From positions 1-57,675 of the IMG/VR virus record IMGVR_UViG_3300006174_000002: 57,675 nucleotides of DNA. The stretch is one strand, 5' to 3'. Below the pieces are notes generated by a model. It was not told where the DNA came from, did no database searches, and worked only from the letters and a program-made list of their open reading frames with translations. Of this stretch, positions 1-10,454 are shown one piece after another. The stretch is from a virus (taxonomy: Duplodnaviria; Caudoviricetes). Numbering within the stretch: the first letter of the stretch is position 1; every line of letters begins with the position of its first letter. Both the position numbers and the translations under genes were made by a program.

Positions 1-87
1 CATTCTGGCTGTAGACTCGGTACTGGTCGGCAAAGATGCCATTCACCTTGTCGGACTCGTGGAAACCGCCACGGATGTTGAGACCTG

Positions 88-512
88 ATGAGCACAATGA
101 GCAAGTCACGGATGGAATTCACCCTTAGACCGATCAACGATACGCAGAAGCTCATCATAGCGCCTCTGTCCTGTTTCGTCCCTGATGAGCCCAGTTGCTG
201 ACCGGTCAGTTGGTCTTCGACCAGCTGTTTGTCCGAGCCGGTCGATTGTACCGGCAACAGGTCGGCGAGGAGCCCGGTTCGGCGCAACTGCCTTATTTCG
301 ACGAATGGCTGTTTGATTGCATGGACCGTGTACTCGGCTGCGCCGACGGTCTGGCTGTCATAGCGGGCGGCTCGGTAACCGTGGTGGCTCGCAATACCTG
401 TGGGCTGCTGCTCTCGGATGTGCACAAGGTTCCGGGCGTTCATGCTTGGACGATCGGACGGTGTCCTTTGGATTATTATGAAGCATCTGTACATAGTTCG
501 GAACCCGTTTAA
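88..512 (+). pseudogene. hypothetical protein apparently broken by a 1-nt frameshift near 190
   Basis: ATG at 88 overlaps the upstream TGA. The frame stops near 201, while the 195..512 frame has no good start. One extra C in the CCC run would join them. Confidence 0.35.
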
Positions 513-861
513 CGTATTCAACGCGGGCGATCTGGTTCAGGAGGCGGCACCTGCAGTCGGTAAGACTGTGCGTGTCCACCTTGTAAATCGGGCGCTCCCG
601 ACCGTGGAGATGGAGCTGGGCAACCTGCTCCAGAAGTCACGGTTCTTGTTGAATAAACCCAAATATAACTTTTGGGTGCTCCGACGGTATTACAAGCCGG
701 CGGAGTACGTGAGCGATGCAGCAGCCAAGACGTTCGGGGTGGATCCGTTCCATTTTGAGAGTCTCGGCGAAGTGGTGTTTTATCTGAAGTCCATTGAACA
801 TAAAGCCGACGATTACCTCATCGGTCAATATCGCCATATGCCTACCCTCACACCGAAATGA
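478..861 (+). CDS. hypothetical protein
   Basis: ORF 400..861, probable start MKHLY at 478, ATGA-coupled to the next gene. Confidence 0.6.
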   Translation: MKHLYIVRNPFNVFNAGDLVQEAAPAVGKTVRVHLVNRALPTVEMELGNLLQKSRFLLNKPKYNFWVLRRYYKPAEYVSDAAAKTFGVDPFHFESLGEVVFYLKSIEHKADDYLIGQYRHMPTLTPK

Positions 862-1112
862 CGTGGATTGATAAACACATAATTAGTATAATAATGTGGT
901 GTGCAACGGCTGGCCTGCTGTTCGGTATTATCGCGTCGGCCACTTACTCAACGCACAAGGCGCGTCCCGTAGTAACCGAAAGCAAATCAGCGGAATTCCA
1001 GCTGCAACTGCTCGTGGATGTGCTGAACATGACCCAGACCAATTGGGACATACGAGTGACCCGGCGCACCAACACCTACCTACTCCCGCCACCCTCGTCA
1101 AAACATGAATAA
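858..1112 (+). CDS. small membrane protein
   Basis: N-terminal hydrophobic helix, overlap-coupled. Confidence 0.55.
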   Translation: MTWIDKHIISIIMWCATAGLLFGIIASATYSTHKARPVVTESKSAEFQLQLLVDVLNMTQTNWDIRVTRRTNTYLLPPPSSKHE

Positions 1113-1117
1113 ATACA

Positions 1118-3898
1118 ATGTCATTACAACCTGAAGTCATCCCCGACATAACGCTGCCGGACGTCGTGCCGCGTCAGTTCGTGCCGAAGCCCGAGGCGTT
1201 TATGCGCGGCATGAAAAAGCTCCCAGCAACCCTCAAGATGCTGGGCTACGCATCCCTGCGCCCCGGCCAGGACACGGCAGTGTTTAACCTGTTCCATTGC
1301 CGTGACACGTTTGCCGTGATCCCCACGGCCCACGGTAAGACGGCCATCAGCGTGGTGCCGGCCGTGTGCATGGATTGGAAGTGTCTCATCTTCAGCCCGC
1401 TGGTCGCGCTGATGCAGGATCAGGTCACTAGCCTCCAGCGTCTCGGACTCTCGGCCGGCGCGGTCAGCAGCGGCCAGACACAGGCTGAGAACATGATGAC
1501 GCTCAAGGCTTGGGAAATGGGAGAACTCCAGTTTTTGCTGGTAGCCCCGGAACGGTTGGAGAACTCAGAGTTTCTCCGAGTCATCAAGTTGGTACGGCCA
1601 AATCTGGTTACCGTAGACGAAGCACACTGCCACGAAGGCTATGTGCGTGTAGCTACTTCTGAAGGTAAGATGCGCATTAAGGATCTGCATGATCTGCGTG
1701 TAGCTGGTAAGCCGTTGCCAAAAGTGCTCAGCATGAGCGCAGAGGGTCACTGCGAATTCAAAAATATCACGAATAGTTGGCAGATGCCGTTTAAGGCACT
1801 GACCAGCATTTACACGGACAGTGGTATGTTGCGGTCTACATCGGATCATCTGTGGTGGACACAGACTGGTTGGAAACGGGCGGATAGCATTATACCAGGT
1901 GTCGACACATTGGTTGGTGTGAATCACGGGACTCGAAGCGTGACGACGCCGAACGCGGACCAACTCCAGTTGCTAATTGGTTCGTTCTTTGGTGACGGCG
2001 GGTTCGGTCGCGCGTCGAAACATAAAACGCATTACCGTTGCAAATACACACACGGAATACAGCAAGCGGACTACTGCAGATGGAAAACCCACTTGCTTGG
2101 TGGTTATTGTGAACGTATTGAACAAAACGGTTATGCCCAGACCCCGGCGCTGATAGGCAGAAGTAAGATGTTCAAGCTGCCTTGGGCACTTAACAAATCG
2201 GACCTGGATGCTGCGTTATTGTCTACGTTTGATTCGAAGGCTTTAGCTGTTTGGATTATGGACGACGGTTCCTTGGCTGGATCGGTAAACAACCCACACA
2301 CGTTGGTCTTGCATACCGAAGATTTCCCAGAGCATTCAGTACTACGACTGTCAGATATGCTCAAATCCAAATACGGCGTGTCCGGCCGAGTGCGCCGTGA
2401 GAAGGAGAAGTATTGGACACTGTGTTTCAAACAGGCTGATGCCTTAGTGCTACTCCGGGCCGCGTCGCCTTATTTTCATGTCAGCATGTTCAAAAAACTG
2501 AAGTGGACATTAGGCGGACAGCACGTTTGGTCGGGATTGCTACAGACGGATGTACATAAAGTGTTGAAGGTGCAAGCCTCGGTTAGACCGCATCGACATA
2601 AAAACCCACATCTGTACGACATTGAGGTGGAGGACAATCATAACCTCTTTGTTCACTCGTCGCATGGTGGTAACACTTCTATGCCGCATGGCACGGCTTT
2701 CCTGACACACAACTGCCTTTCGAACTGGTCAGATTCCTTCCGCCCGTCGTACGTCAAGATCGGCAACCTCATCTCGGCCGTCAACCCAGATGCCGTGTTG
2801 GCCATGACCGCGACGTGTACAAAGGAAATCGACAAGGATGTCCGCTCCGTGCTTGGTATCGTCGGTGCCGCCAAGGTGCTGTACCTGCCGTCACGCAAGG
2901 AGTTGGTACTGAAAAGCGAGAACTACAAGTCAGATCGGCAGGTGCTGAAATACGTCGAGGAATCGACCGGTGCCACGATCGTGTACTGCGCGACTCGGAA
3001 GCGTTGTGAGGAGCTGTTCAACAACCTCGGCAACGCCATCACCGGCGGCAGTCTCGTGTACCACGGTGGTATGCCGTCCGACGCGCGCACGTCGAATCAG
3101 AACCTGTTCATGTCAGGTGACGTGCGGGTCATGTTTGCCACCAATGCGTTCGGCATGGGTATCGACAAACGTGACATCCGAATGATCCTGCACAGGGACG
3201 TGCCGGCATCCATTGAGGCCTATTCCCAGGAGACCGGCCGCGCAGCCCGCGACGGTTTACCGTCTCAGTGTGTGGCACTTGTGGATCCGCAGTCGTTCAG
3301 CACGAATCAGTATCTGCTGGAGTGCTCGCACCCCGAACGTCGTGACGTGGAGCGGGTCTATCATACGTTGGTGAAGCACGCTGACAAGGATCGGAAGATC
3401 ATGAAGACCGGAGCGGATCTGGCGTCCATGATTGGGGTCAAGGAGCAGCAGGTCAGTGCCTCGCTGGGCGTGCTGAAGTCGTCTGGCGTAATTGACCGTG
3501 AGGATGACGAAACCAAACCGGTGACAATCCGATTCGTTAAACCGCCGGATGATGCGAAGTTCGTGAAGCTGCTGGACGACGTCAAGAAGTACGGCATGCT
3601 GCTCCCGGACGGCTCGGTGGACTTGAGCATTGACCTGTTGCTGAAGCAGACTGGGCGCAAGTATGCCACGGTACACAGTCACCTGAAGAAGTTGGATAAG
3701 GACGGGTTTATTGTTTACACCTTGCCGTTCCGTGGTAAAACTACGGTAATGAAGGGTGATTTAAGTCTGGTCGACTTTGAACGTCTGGCCCAACGTAAGC
3801 GCGATGCTTACGCGAAGCTGGACGCCATGCAAGACCTGCTGAATACCCCGGATGAACAGAAGCATGAATTCCTCACTAATTACTTCAGCCACGCCTGA
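1118..3898 (+). CDS. recQ: RecQ-family DEAH helicase containing an intein
   Basis: LRPGQ, PTAHGKT (motif I), SPLVALMQDQ, VDEAH|CLSNWSDSFRPSY after intein removal, TAT, ATNAFGMGIDK, YSQETGRAARDG. Confidence 0.92.
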   Translation: MSLQPEVIPDITLPDVVPRQFVPKPEAFMRGMKKLPATLKMLGYASLRPGQDTAVFNLFHCRDTFAVIPTAHGKTAISVVPAVCMDWKCLIFSPLVALMQDQVTSLQRLGLSAGAVSSGQTQAENMMTLKAWEMGELQFLLVAPERLENSEFLRVIKLVRPNLVTVDEAHCHEGYVRVATSEGKMRIKDLHDLRVAGKPLPKVLSMSAEGHCEFKNITNSWQMPFKALTSIYTDSGMLRSTSDHLWWTQTGWKRADSIIPGVDTLVGVNHGTRSVTTPNADQLQLLIGSFFGDGGFGRASKHKTHYRCKYTHGIQQADYCRWKTHLLGGYCERIEQNGYAQTPALIGRSKMFKLPWALNKSDLDAALLSTFDSKALAVWIMDDGSLAGSVNNPHTLVLHTEDFPEHSVLRLSDMLKSKYGVSGRVRREKEKYWTLCFKQADALVLLRAASPYFHVSMFKKLKWTLGGQHVWSGLLQTDVHKVLKVQASVRPHRHKNPHLYDIEVEDNHNLFVHSSHGGNTSMPHGTAFLTHNCLSNWSDSFRPSYVKIGNLISAVNPDAVLAMTATCTKEIDKDVRSVLGIVGAAKVLYLPSRKELVLKSENYKSDRQVLKYVEESTGATIVYCATRKRCEELFNNLGNAITGGSLVYHGGMPSDARTSNQNLFMSGDVRVMFATNAFGMGIDKRDIRMILHRDVPASIEAYSQETGRAARDGLPSQCVALVDPQSFSTNQYLLECSHPERRDVERVYHTLVKHADKDRKIMKTGADLASMIGVKEQQVSASLGVLKSSGVIDREDDETKPVTIRFVKPPDDAKFVKLLDDVKKYGMLLPDGSVDLSIDLLLKQTGRKYATVHSHLKKLDKDGFIVYTLPFRGKTTVMKGDLSLVDFERLAQRKRDAYAKLDAMQDLLNTPDEQKHEFLTNYFSHA
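1628..2713 (+). mobile_element. intein with LAGLIDADG homing endonuclease in RecQ motif II
   Basis: Starts CHEGYVRV, ends YDIEVEDNHN...THN followed by Cys. LLIGSFFGDG and LAVWIMDDGS motifs. Lower GC than the exteins. Confidence 0.92.
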
Positions 3899-4076
3899 GC
3901 CAGTGAAGCACCTGACGTATGAGACGATGACAACCGTGTCGCCCACATACGAAGAGATGCGGACGCTCCTACATCGCATCTACATTGCACGCAACATTGC
4001 GTTGCGGGAGGACACGATTCACGAGTGCTTGCGGCAGATCGACAAATGGTTCCCGGCCGAGTCAGGCATGAACTGA
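3852..4076 (+). CDS. hypothetical protein
   Basis: Short ORF coupled to the next gene by TGATG, start uncertain. Confidence 0.45.
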   Translation: MNRSMNSSLITSATPEPVKHLTYETMTTVSPTYEEMRTLLHRIYIARNIALREDTIHECLRQIDKWFPAESGMN

Positions 4077-4501
4077 TGAATCTTGATCCACTAGCGCGGT
4101 TGATTGACAACATGGGGGCGGCGCCGAAGTTCCACACTCGGGACTTCACGCCGCCCGCCGGGATGACGCATTGTGCTTGTGGCAAGAAGTTCATCCCGAT
4201 CGGCTCGGTCAGGATTCACAATACAGGTGTGCTGCAGGGCGTCACGGATTGCCTATGCAGCGATCATGAATGTACGAGCAAGGTGAAGCACTTTGCGTAC
4301 ATTGTGTGTATCAAGTGCAAGTCGGTGGTCTCGCGGATCCAGCCGTTGCGGTGCAAGTCTGGATTCCAAATACGTCCGGGGGAGTTCTATCATACGAACG
4401 CCTGTCCGGACTGTGTCAAAAACTTGGGCACCTCGGTCATATTGGAGAAATACTTCTTCGATAAGGAGCAAGGGGTGCCCGTGCCGGAATTGAAAAAATG
4501 A
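4076..4501 (+). CDS. Cys-rich putative Zn-binding protein
   Basis: CACG, CLC..C, CIKC and CPDC motifs. Confidence 0.65.
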   Translation: MNLDPLARLIDNMGAAPKFHTRDFTPPAGMTHCACGKKFIPIGSVRIHNTGVLQGVTDCLCSDHECTSKVKHFAYIVCIKCKSVVSRIQPLRCKSGFQIRPGEFYHTNACPDCVKNLGTSVILEKYFFDKEQGVPVPELKK

Positions 4502-4674
4502 TTGGAACTTTTCTCATAAGTGGTGCAACTTACATCTTCGGTGTGGTCAATGGCATCTACCTCCGTGAACACAATGTGGTCACGGTGGCGGATGTCCAGC
4601 AGGGCATTGATAAGCTCGTGGCCACGTTTACGAAGCGCAAAACGGAACAAACTCAACAGTCGGAACAACAATAA
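4498..4674 (+). CDS. small membrane-anchored protein (58 aa, not in ORF track)
   Basis: MIGTFLISGATYIFGVVNG..., ATGA overlap, fills the gap to the next ATG. Confidence 0.55.
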   Translation: MIGTFLISGATYIFGVVNGIYLREHNVVTVADVQQGIDKLVATFTKRKTEQTQQSEQQ

Positions 4675-4676
4675 TT

Positions 4677-5237
4677 ATGTCAACTGAAACTCCCCAAGTG
4701 GAAAAGAAAGCGGCGAACCCGATTCGCAACTTCGTCGTCTCCCGTATCGTGCCGGATCACCGGCTGCCGGATGTCACGACAAATGCCGAAGGCCAGGAAG
4801 TCCCCACAACCTGGTACATCACGCATATCAAGGACGGCGTCCAGACGGTCGACCAATGCACCGAAGAGGTGTGGAAGTGGGCGCAACTCTCCAAGCCCTG
4901 GAACGACACCCGCGTGCGCTGGATCATCAACGCGGACATCACCAAGAAGCCGCGTCTCATCGTCGGTGTGATGCGCCACCCGCAACTCTCTCAAGGCCCG
5001 CTCTCGCCGCGGATCAACATTGACCCCAGTCACCTGCAGCTGCAGAAACTCGGCTCAACGTTCGAACCGCTCAACCTGCCGATCGACTTCCAGACCCCGG
5101 TCTTGGAAGAAGCGGTGGAGGCCATGAATAAGGCCGGCAATGCCCGCGTCGGAGAAATCCTCGGCGGCAAGTTCAAGGTGCACCAGGTCATCGACATGGA
5201 CGACACCAAGATCTATGTGCTGATGCTGGTTGAATGA
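4677..5237 (+). CDS. hypothetical protein
   Basis: 186-aa ORF with typical codon usage. Confidence 0.75.
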   Translation: MSTETPQVEKKAANPIRNFVVSRIVPDHRLPDVTTNAEGQEVPTTWYITHIKDGVQTVDQCTEEVWKWAQLSKPWNDTRVRWIINADITKKPRLIVGVMRHPQLSQGPLSPRINIDPSHLQLQKLGSTFEPLNLPIDFQTPVLEEAVEAMNKAGNARVGEILGGKFKVHQVIDMDDTKIYVLMLVE

Positions 5238-5548
5238 AGCCCTGTGACTTGCTCAAGAGTTGGGGTTTCGTAAGTCAGGGCGAGGTGCTGTATGAAAATG
5301 CCAGTGTGCTTTATGTGCACTGGGAGCGCCGCATGGTAATCCAGGTATATCGGGACCTGTACGTCGCCGAGTTACGCGGCGCTTATGACGACTTCAAAGT
5401 GTCACGATTCAGTGCGGAAGAACTGCATGATTTAAAATTGGCGTATCTGGAAACAAGCATGCAGGACGCTGTGGATGTGCTGAAACGGGCTGAGGAGGAT
5501 TATAGGACGTTTCATTACAACGCGGTTAAGGACGCCGGCAATACGTAG
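5234..5548 (+). CDS. hypothetical protein
   Basis: ATGA-coupled ORF. Confidence 0.65.
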   Translation: MKPCDLLKSWGFVSQGEVLYENASVLYVHWERRMVIQVYRDLYVAELRGAYDDFKVSRFSAEELHDLKLAYLETSMQDAVDVLKRAEEDYRTFHYNAVKDAGNT

Positions 5549-5551
5549 GCT

Positions 5552-5571
5552 TTTTGTGCTATAAATACTTG
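5552..5571 (+). promoter_or_regulatory. putative phage-specific or extended -10 promoter TTTTGTGCTATAAATACTTG
   Basis: Intergenic, 18/20 identical to 23818..23837. Confidence 0.6.
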
Positions 5572-5590
5572 ATGGTATCATCATTTAGCT

Positions 5591-6589
5591 ATGGCAAAAA
5601 CTGACCTGCAAGACGTGGTTCACAGGTGGGACGTGCCGGTGGCGGAAGGTCTGGAAGTGATTCTGGATCAACCGTCGTCGGAACGTCCCCCTTTCTTCTA
5701 TCCAACCCGTGAGGATAACACGGGCCTTTGTTACGCGGCACTCAGCGTCCTACGGTGGCGGAACCGGTACAATCTGATTCACGGCCAGATTGTTCGATTC
5801 TCGCAGCCGCTGACTGGTTATCTCAATGCCGAGTTGGAACTCGCATTGTATGTGATGGTGGCCCGAATCCACAAGGTGGATCGGGAACGCGGCCTGTTCC
5901 GATTCGAGGCAGCTCTGTCCGGTACGCCCGAAGGGGCTAGCACGGCACTCCACGGCGAGTCAGCCGCGTTCTATTATCGACCGGACTCTTTGATGGGCTT
6001 TCTGGGTAACAATACCAGCATGCACAACCTGAGTCAGGAAGAGGTCCTACCACTGCTGTGCGGCGACGGGTACACCGAGAATGACCGATTCATTCGGCGC
6101 TCCGATGGTCGCATTCCTATTCAGCCCAGGTTTTACCAACTAGTGTCCAAACAGGACCCAGACGGCGAACCGAAGTTCGATGTGGAAACCGGCAAGTGGT
6201 TGTTCGTGAAGGAACTGCCGCAGGACATCAGCCCGGTGTGGCTACCGGCCGAGCATAAGGCGGCGACGTTCACGGAGAACAGACAGTGGTTGGAGAATCG
6301 GCACGGTGGTAAGTTTGTGCTGGGCCAGTCCATCTACGTCGGCACGGACACGATGCGTCCGCTGCTGGTTGGTGACGACTCGGCGGAACAAATCAAGCAG
6401 ATGCAGGAAAAGCTGCATAACTCACTATACGGGTATGCTTGGCAGCAGACCCAAGGAATACGGCCAGGACTGTTCGGGATTCCGAGACAGGCTGGTCTAC
6501 GCGAAAGCCGACAGGCTCATCTGAAACAGGTGCTTAACGCCTACGGGCGGCACGTGTGGCAGAAGCAACTGTTTGCTGCTCGCGGTTAA
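5591..6589 (+). CDS. hypothetical protein
   Basis: 332-aa ORF between a promoter motif and a terminator. Confidence 0.8.
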   Translation: MAKTDLQDVVHRWDVPVAEGLEVILDQPSSERPPFFYPTREDNTGLCYAALSVLRWRNRYNLIHGQIVRFSQPLTGYLNAELELALYVMVARIHKVDRERGLFRFEAALSGTPEGASTALHGESAAFYYRPDSLMGFLGNNTSMHNLSQEEVLPLLCGDGYTENDRFIRRSDGRIPIQPRFYQLVSKQDPDGEPKFDVETGKWLFVKELPQDISPVWLPAEHKAATFTENRQWLENRHGGKFVLGQSIYVGTDTMRPLLVGDDSAEQIKQMQEKLHNSLYGYAWQQTQGIRPGLFGIPRQAGLRESRQAHLKQVLNAYGRHVWQKQLFAARG

Positions 6590-6595
6590 CAAATC

Positions 6596-6620
6596 AAGGG
6601 GTGCTTCGGCGCCCCTTTTT
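6596..6620 (+). terminator. intrinsic terminator
   Basis: AAGGGGTGC-TTCG-GCGCCCC-TTTTT. Confidence 0.85.
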
Positions 6621-6636
6621 AGGTATCAGATAATTT

Positions 6637-6999
6637 ATGAACGAAGAACTCAGATTCGGTCCAGTCAATCTGGACCAACGTGTTACCACGAAGATTGTGC
6701 CAATCACGATCGTCTCGGCCCACGTGTTGATTTACGACGACAGTGGCCCGCGCTCCATGTTCGGCGGTGTGTGCCCGTTGCTCGCCTCGGCGTTGGCCGA
6801 GTATGCAGATACCGAGGGAAGTGGTGTGACTCGGCGCACCGATGTTTTGGAACCATTGGGGCAGGATATATTCGATGCCTCGTACGCCGCAGTAATGCGG
6901 CTGCGCGGGTTGTTCTCTTTTCTTAGCTATCAGGAAATCGACAAGCTGCACGAGGTTTGGCCCGAGAGTTTCAAGTATGCATTCGTCGTCTCACGATGA
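6637..6999 (+). CDS. hypothetical protein
   Basis: 120-aa ORF with AT-rich start context. Confidence 0.65.
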   Translation: MNEELRFGPVNLDQRVTTKIVPITIVSAHVLIYDDSGPRSMFGGVCPLLASALAEYADTEGSGVTRRTDVLEPLGQDIFDASYAAVMRLRGLFSFLSYQEIDKLHEVWPESFKYAFVVSR

Positions 7000-7042
7000 T
7001 GCGGCGCTGAAGGAACAGTACCGAGACCTATTCAATTCGTTG

Positions 7043-7071
7043 TTGACGCATGATTGCGGTTATTCTAATTT
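7043..7071 (+). promoter_or_regulatory. sigma70-like promoter
   Basis: TTGACG-17-TAATTT upstream of ATG 7094. Confidence 0.5.
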
Positions 7072-7093
7072 GGTGTCGCAAACCAAATTATCT

Positions 7094-7333
7094 ATGAATA
7101 CCAATCAGCCGTCCGACGAATCTCTCTTGCGCGCCAATCTCTTGGGTTTTGTGACCCAGGTCAAAGCCGCGGCCGATGCTTTCGGCAAACCGGTGACCGA
7201 CGCCGAAGTGGGCGAGATGCACAAGCGCGCCTCGGATCACATCCAGTCCACGATGACCAAGCGTGCGAAAATCACCGAAGTCATTCGCGCGCACATTGCT
7301 CAAGTTGCTGCTCCGGCTCCCGCCGCGGCCTAA
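7094..7333 (+). CDS. small Ala-rich protein with K-x-A motifs
   Basis: Start MNTNQ, strong codon bias, followed by a hairpin. Confidence 0.65.
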   Translation: MNTNQPSDESLLRANLLGFVTQVKAAADAFGKPVTDAEVGEMHKRASDHIQSTMTKRAKITEVIRAHIAQVAAPAPAAA

Positions 7334-7346
7334 TTTCCGTTTAACA

Positions 7347-7388
7347 CAGCCAGACGCGAAGCCACAAGCCTCGCGTCTGGCTGCTTTT
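7347..7388 (+). terminator. hairpin/terminator
   Basis: CAGCCAGACGCGA...TCGCGTCTGGCTG 13-bp stem followed by CTTTT. Confidence 0.7.
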
Positions 7389-7390
7389 GC

Positions 7391-8032
7391 ATGGACAGAA
7401 AATACTCGAAACCATTCTCCCAAATCCTGCGTAGTTACATGATCGAACACGATCTGACCGCAGACCAAGTCTCCAAGAAAATAGGTCATTGCAAAGAATC
7501 CGTAATGCGTTGGCTGCGCCAGCAGACCTGCCCGGGCGAAAAGCAAATCCGCAAAATCTTCGACCGCCTTGGCCTCGACCCAGAACAATTCTTTGCCGGT
7601 TCCGCACTCGACAGCTACGTCGAGACCAGTGTCCTCTCCTTTGCCGTACTCCAGGACCGCTTCAAGCAGGCGCAGGTCAGCGGTGACTCCATCCTGGCAT
7701 TCAGTATCGCAGCGCACGCCGCCGTACGCATTCACACCATTTTCAGCAGCAAGGGCCTGGACACAACGCTGACACTGGACCCGGCCATCTCGCAGGTCAA
7801 ATTGGTGATCAACCTGGACATCCCGATGCGCACCTATATGGTGCTCGATGTGGTGAGTGACGATAATCAGTTGAAATTACGTCTGACGTACCATACGTTG
7901 ATTAACGAGAAGCCGTCACCCTCGGTGGATCAGCTACGTATGCTCAACCAAACGGTGGTGGAAGGCTTGGCTGACCGATTCTTTAAGTGTCTGCAGGAAA
8001 CTTGCAAAAACAACGAACTACAGAATGTCTAG
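7391..8032 (+). CDS. XRE-family HTH transcriptional regulator
   Basis: LTADQVSKKIGHCKESVMRWLRQQTCP helix-turn-helix pattern. Confidence 0.75.
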   Translation: MDRKYSKPFSQILRSYMIEHDLTADQVSKKIGHCKESVMRWLRQQTCPGEKQIRKIFDRLGLDPEQFFAGSALDSYVETSVLSFAVLQDRFKQAQVSGDSILAFSIAAHAAVRIHTIFSSKGLDTTLTLDPAISQVKLVINLDIPMRTYMVLDVVSDDNQLKLRLTYHTLINEKPSPSVDQLRMLNQTVVEGLADRFFKCLQETCKNNELQNV

Positions 8033-8510
8033 CGAACTCGATAAACTCGTACCTCCCGGCGGCGGCCCGCTGGCCTGGGAACAACAGGAAGCCAAGCGCA
8101 AGGCGTACCTGACCGGTGCGCCTACAACGCCGCCCCCTGTCAGCCCAGCCATCCGCCCGACCGAAGCGCCCGTCTCGGAATCCAGACCTATGCAACCCGC
8201 TCCGCCCCCGCGTCGTACCTACGCCGCTGAATTAACATATACCCCGCCGCCGGCCGTCCGCGCCGGTGAACCCGCCGCGGTCGGCTTCACGCTGAAGTTC
8301 ATTGTTCGGTCGTACCACGACAATGCTCCGTACATTACCATTGAGCATGGACCGAATTTCTCCATCGTGCTGACGGAGCTGGTGGATAATCTGAAGCTCA
8401 AAATTGGCGACAAGACATGGGACGTCATGTGGACTGGACAGGCTTTCAGCTTGCCTGAGAACGACGTGTATGGTATCTCATTCTTGCAATGCGCGAAGAC
8501 GACCAGCTAG
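8025..8510 (+). CDS. Pro-rich hypothetical protein
   Basis: Overlap-coupled ORF. Confidence 0.65.
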   Translation: MSSELDKLVPPGGGPLAWEQQEAKRKAYLTGAPTTPPPVSPAIRPTEAPVSESRPMQPAPPPRRTYAAELTYTPPPAVRAGEPAAVGFTLKFIVRSYHDNAPYITIEHGPNFSIVLTELVDNLKLKIGDKTWDVMWTGQAFSLPENDVYGISFLQCAKTTS

Positions 8511-8674
8511 GGTTTATCAAGACCGGCAGAATTGAGCTAGGCAAGACGCCGAGTTCGGTCAGCGGTCAACCCTCGGTAGCGGTGGTCGACTCGGAGCCGG
8601 TCGCCTTGGGCGAAACGGCGACTGATCCGGGTCTCAAGAAACTCGGTAGCCTCCTTTCTAACTGTGGCCTTTGA
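8489..8674 (+). CDS. small hypothetical protein
   Basis: Fills the gap and overlaps both neighbours. Confidence 0.5.
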   Translation: MREDDQLGFIKTGRIELGKTPSSVSGQPSVAVVDSEPVALGETATDPGLKKLGSLLSNCGL

Positions 8675-10454
8675 TGACATCAGTGTTTCGTCGCTGGGAA
8701 TGAACAGTCGTCGCTTTGACGACCCCTTCTTGTTGCCCAGCAGCAACTCCATGCCTGAAACGCTCGAAACGGCGTTGGACATGTGTCTGTTCCTCTACTA
8801 CATGAACCCGCAGTACATTCAGGCCACGGCCCGAGTCGTACGGCATTTCATCACCGACTTCGACTATCCCGGCGAAGACGGCAGCAAAGAGGAACAGGAT
8901 GACCTGGACGAATTCCTGAAACACTCGTTGCAGATGCCTGGCTTCATGAACGAGATGGGCGATGAGTGGGGATGCTATGGAAACGGCATGGCGCGTATCC
9001 ATTTCCCGTTCGACCGGTTTCTCATTGACGATCGCTCCGGGACGCGTACGTCATACGCGCTCGAGTTCTTCGGTCGGCAGGCGAAATACGACTTTCGGTC
9101 AATGACGTACACCGTGCCGGATCCGTTGCACGCCGGCGGACACGTCCGATTACCGTTCCGTGACCAGCGTTCGCGCGACTCGGCCCGCATCAAGATGATC
9201 CGTCTGAATCCTCGGTTCGTCACGATTCAGCATAACGTTCTTTCCGGGTCCAGCAACTACATCTACCGTTTCGATCCGGAGTTTATCAGTGATGTGAAGA
9301 AAGGCCGGCTTTACGTGGTCAATGAGACGCCGCTCCCGATGTTGCAGGCCATCAAGAACAGCAAGGACTTCCTGTTTGACCGAGACGCTATTTTTCATCT
9401 GAAAGCCCCCACCGTCAGCGGCATCTCAAACGCCGGCTGGGGCATGCCTGGCACCATTGCCAACTACCGTAATCTGCACCAACTACAGGTGTACCGTAAG
9501 ATCGACGAAGCCGTCGGTCTGGATTACATGCTGCCGTTCCGTCTGTTCAGCCCGAACCCGCAGAATGGGTCCGGCAACAGTGGTATGGACTCGTTGATCA
9601 ATTCCCGGTGGTCCGGGGAGATTCGCAAGATCATTAAGAATCGCCGAGTCGATAAGTTTGCCATGCATTCGCTGCCCTTCCCGGTCAACTACCAAGAGTT
9701 CGGCGCGGAAGGTAAGACACTCACTCCTAAGGACATGATGGAGTACCAGACGACCGCCATGTTGGATGGTATGGGTTATCCGCAGGAACTGTTCAAAGGC
9801 AGTCTGACGTGGATGCAGGTGCCGACGGCGATGAGGTTGTTTGAGAACTCGTTCATGTTCTTGCATTTGGGATTTAACAGCATGGCAGGTTGGGCGACTC
9901 GGAAAATCCGGGCGTACCTTAACCAGCCGCAGATGGACGTGCGGTTACAGAAGCCGTCGATGGCGGACAGCCTCGAACGGAAACAGCTTATCTTTCAGTT
10001 GGGTGCGATGGGCGAAATCAGTCGTGAAACTGCGTACAGCAGTCTCGGCATTGATGACCCGGTGGCCGAGATGCGGAAGCGTCTGACGGAGGATCTTGCG
10101 ATCCAGAAGAATCAGATGAAGATGCAGACGGACTTCCAGAAGGAAGTCGAGACCGGTTCCCTCATGGCCCCGGAGACTCCGGACGGTTCCGCCGCGGGCT
10201 CCGCGCCGGGCATGTCCTCCGCCGGCAATATCACGCCGAGCGATGCCGCCGGCCAGGCCGATCAGCTGGCTCAGTACTGGCTCAGCATTCCGTCGACGGG
10301 CGAACGTACGCAGGCTATGAATGCGGTGCGCGGACAAAACGAATCTTTGTATTACGTGGCCAAGGGCAAGATGGAGAGAATGAAGTCACAGGGAGCTTCC
10401 CAAGGTCGGGCATCTGTGGCACAATCTGCTCAACAACAAGCCGCCCAGCAATGA
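8664..10454 (+). CDS. probable portal protein
   Basis: 596 aa. YGNG, RLNPRFV and IFHLK...GWGMP segments fall in the order expected for phage portals. Low-complexity C-terminus. Heads the block of virion-like genes. Confidence 0.6.
   Translation: MAFDDISVSSLGMNSRRFDDPFLLPSSNSMPETLETALDMCLFLYYMNPQYIQATARVVRHFITDFDYPGEDGSKEEQDDLDEFLKHSLQMPGFMNEMGDEWGCYGNGMARIHFPFDRFLIDDRSGTRTSYALEFFGRQAKYDFRSMTYTVPDPLHAGGHVRLPFRDQRSRDSARIKMIRLNPRFVTIQHNVLSGSSNYIYRFDPEFISDVKKGRLYVVNETPLPMLQAIKNSKDFLFDRDAIFHLKAPTVSGISNAGWGMPGTIANYRNLHQLQVYRKIDEAVGLDYMLPFRLFSPNPQNGSGNSGMDSLINSRWSGEIRKIIKNRRVDKFAMHSLPFPVNYQEFGAEGKTLTPKDMMEYQTTAMLDGMGYPQELFKGSLTWMQVPTAMRLFENSFMFLHLGFNSMAGWATRKIRAYLNQPQMDVRLQKPSMADSLERKQLIFQLGAMGEISRETAYSSLGIDDPVAEMRKRLTEDLAIQKNQMKMQTDFQKEVETGSLMAPETPDGSAAGSAPGMSSAGNITPSDAAGQADQLAQYWLSIPSTGERTQAMNAVRGQNESLYYVAKGKMERMKSQGASQGRASVAQSAQQQAAQQ

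Noticed and set aside
181-201. Programmed frameshift in the first full gene
   Set aside because: No slippery heptamer. A single-base loss in a C run (mutation or sequencing error) is simpler.
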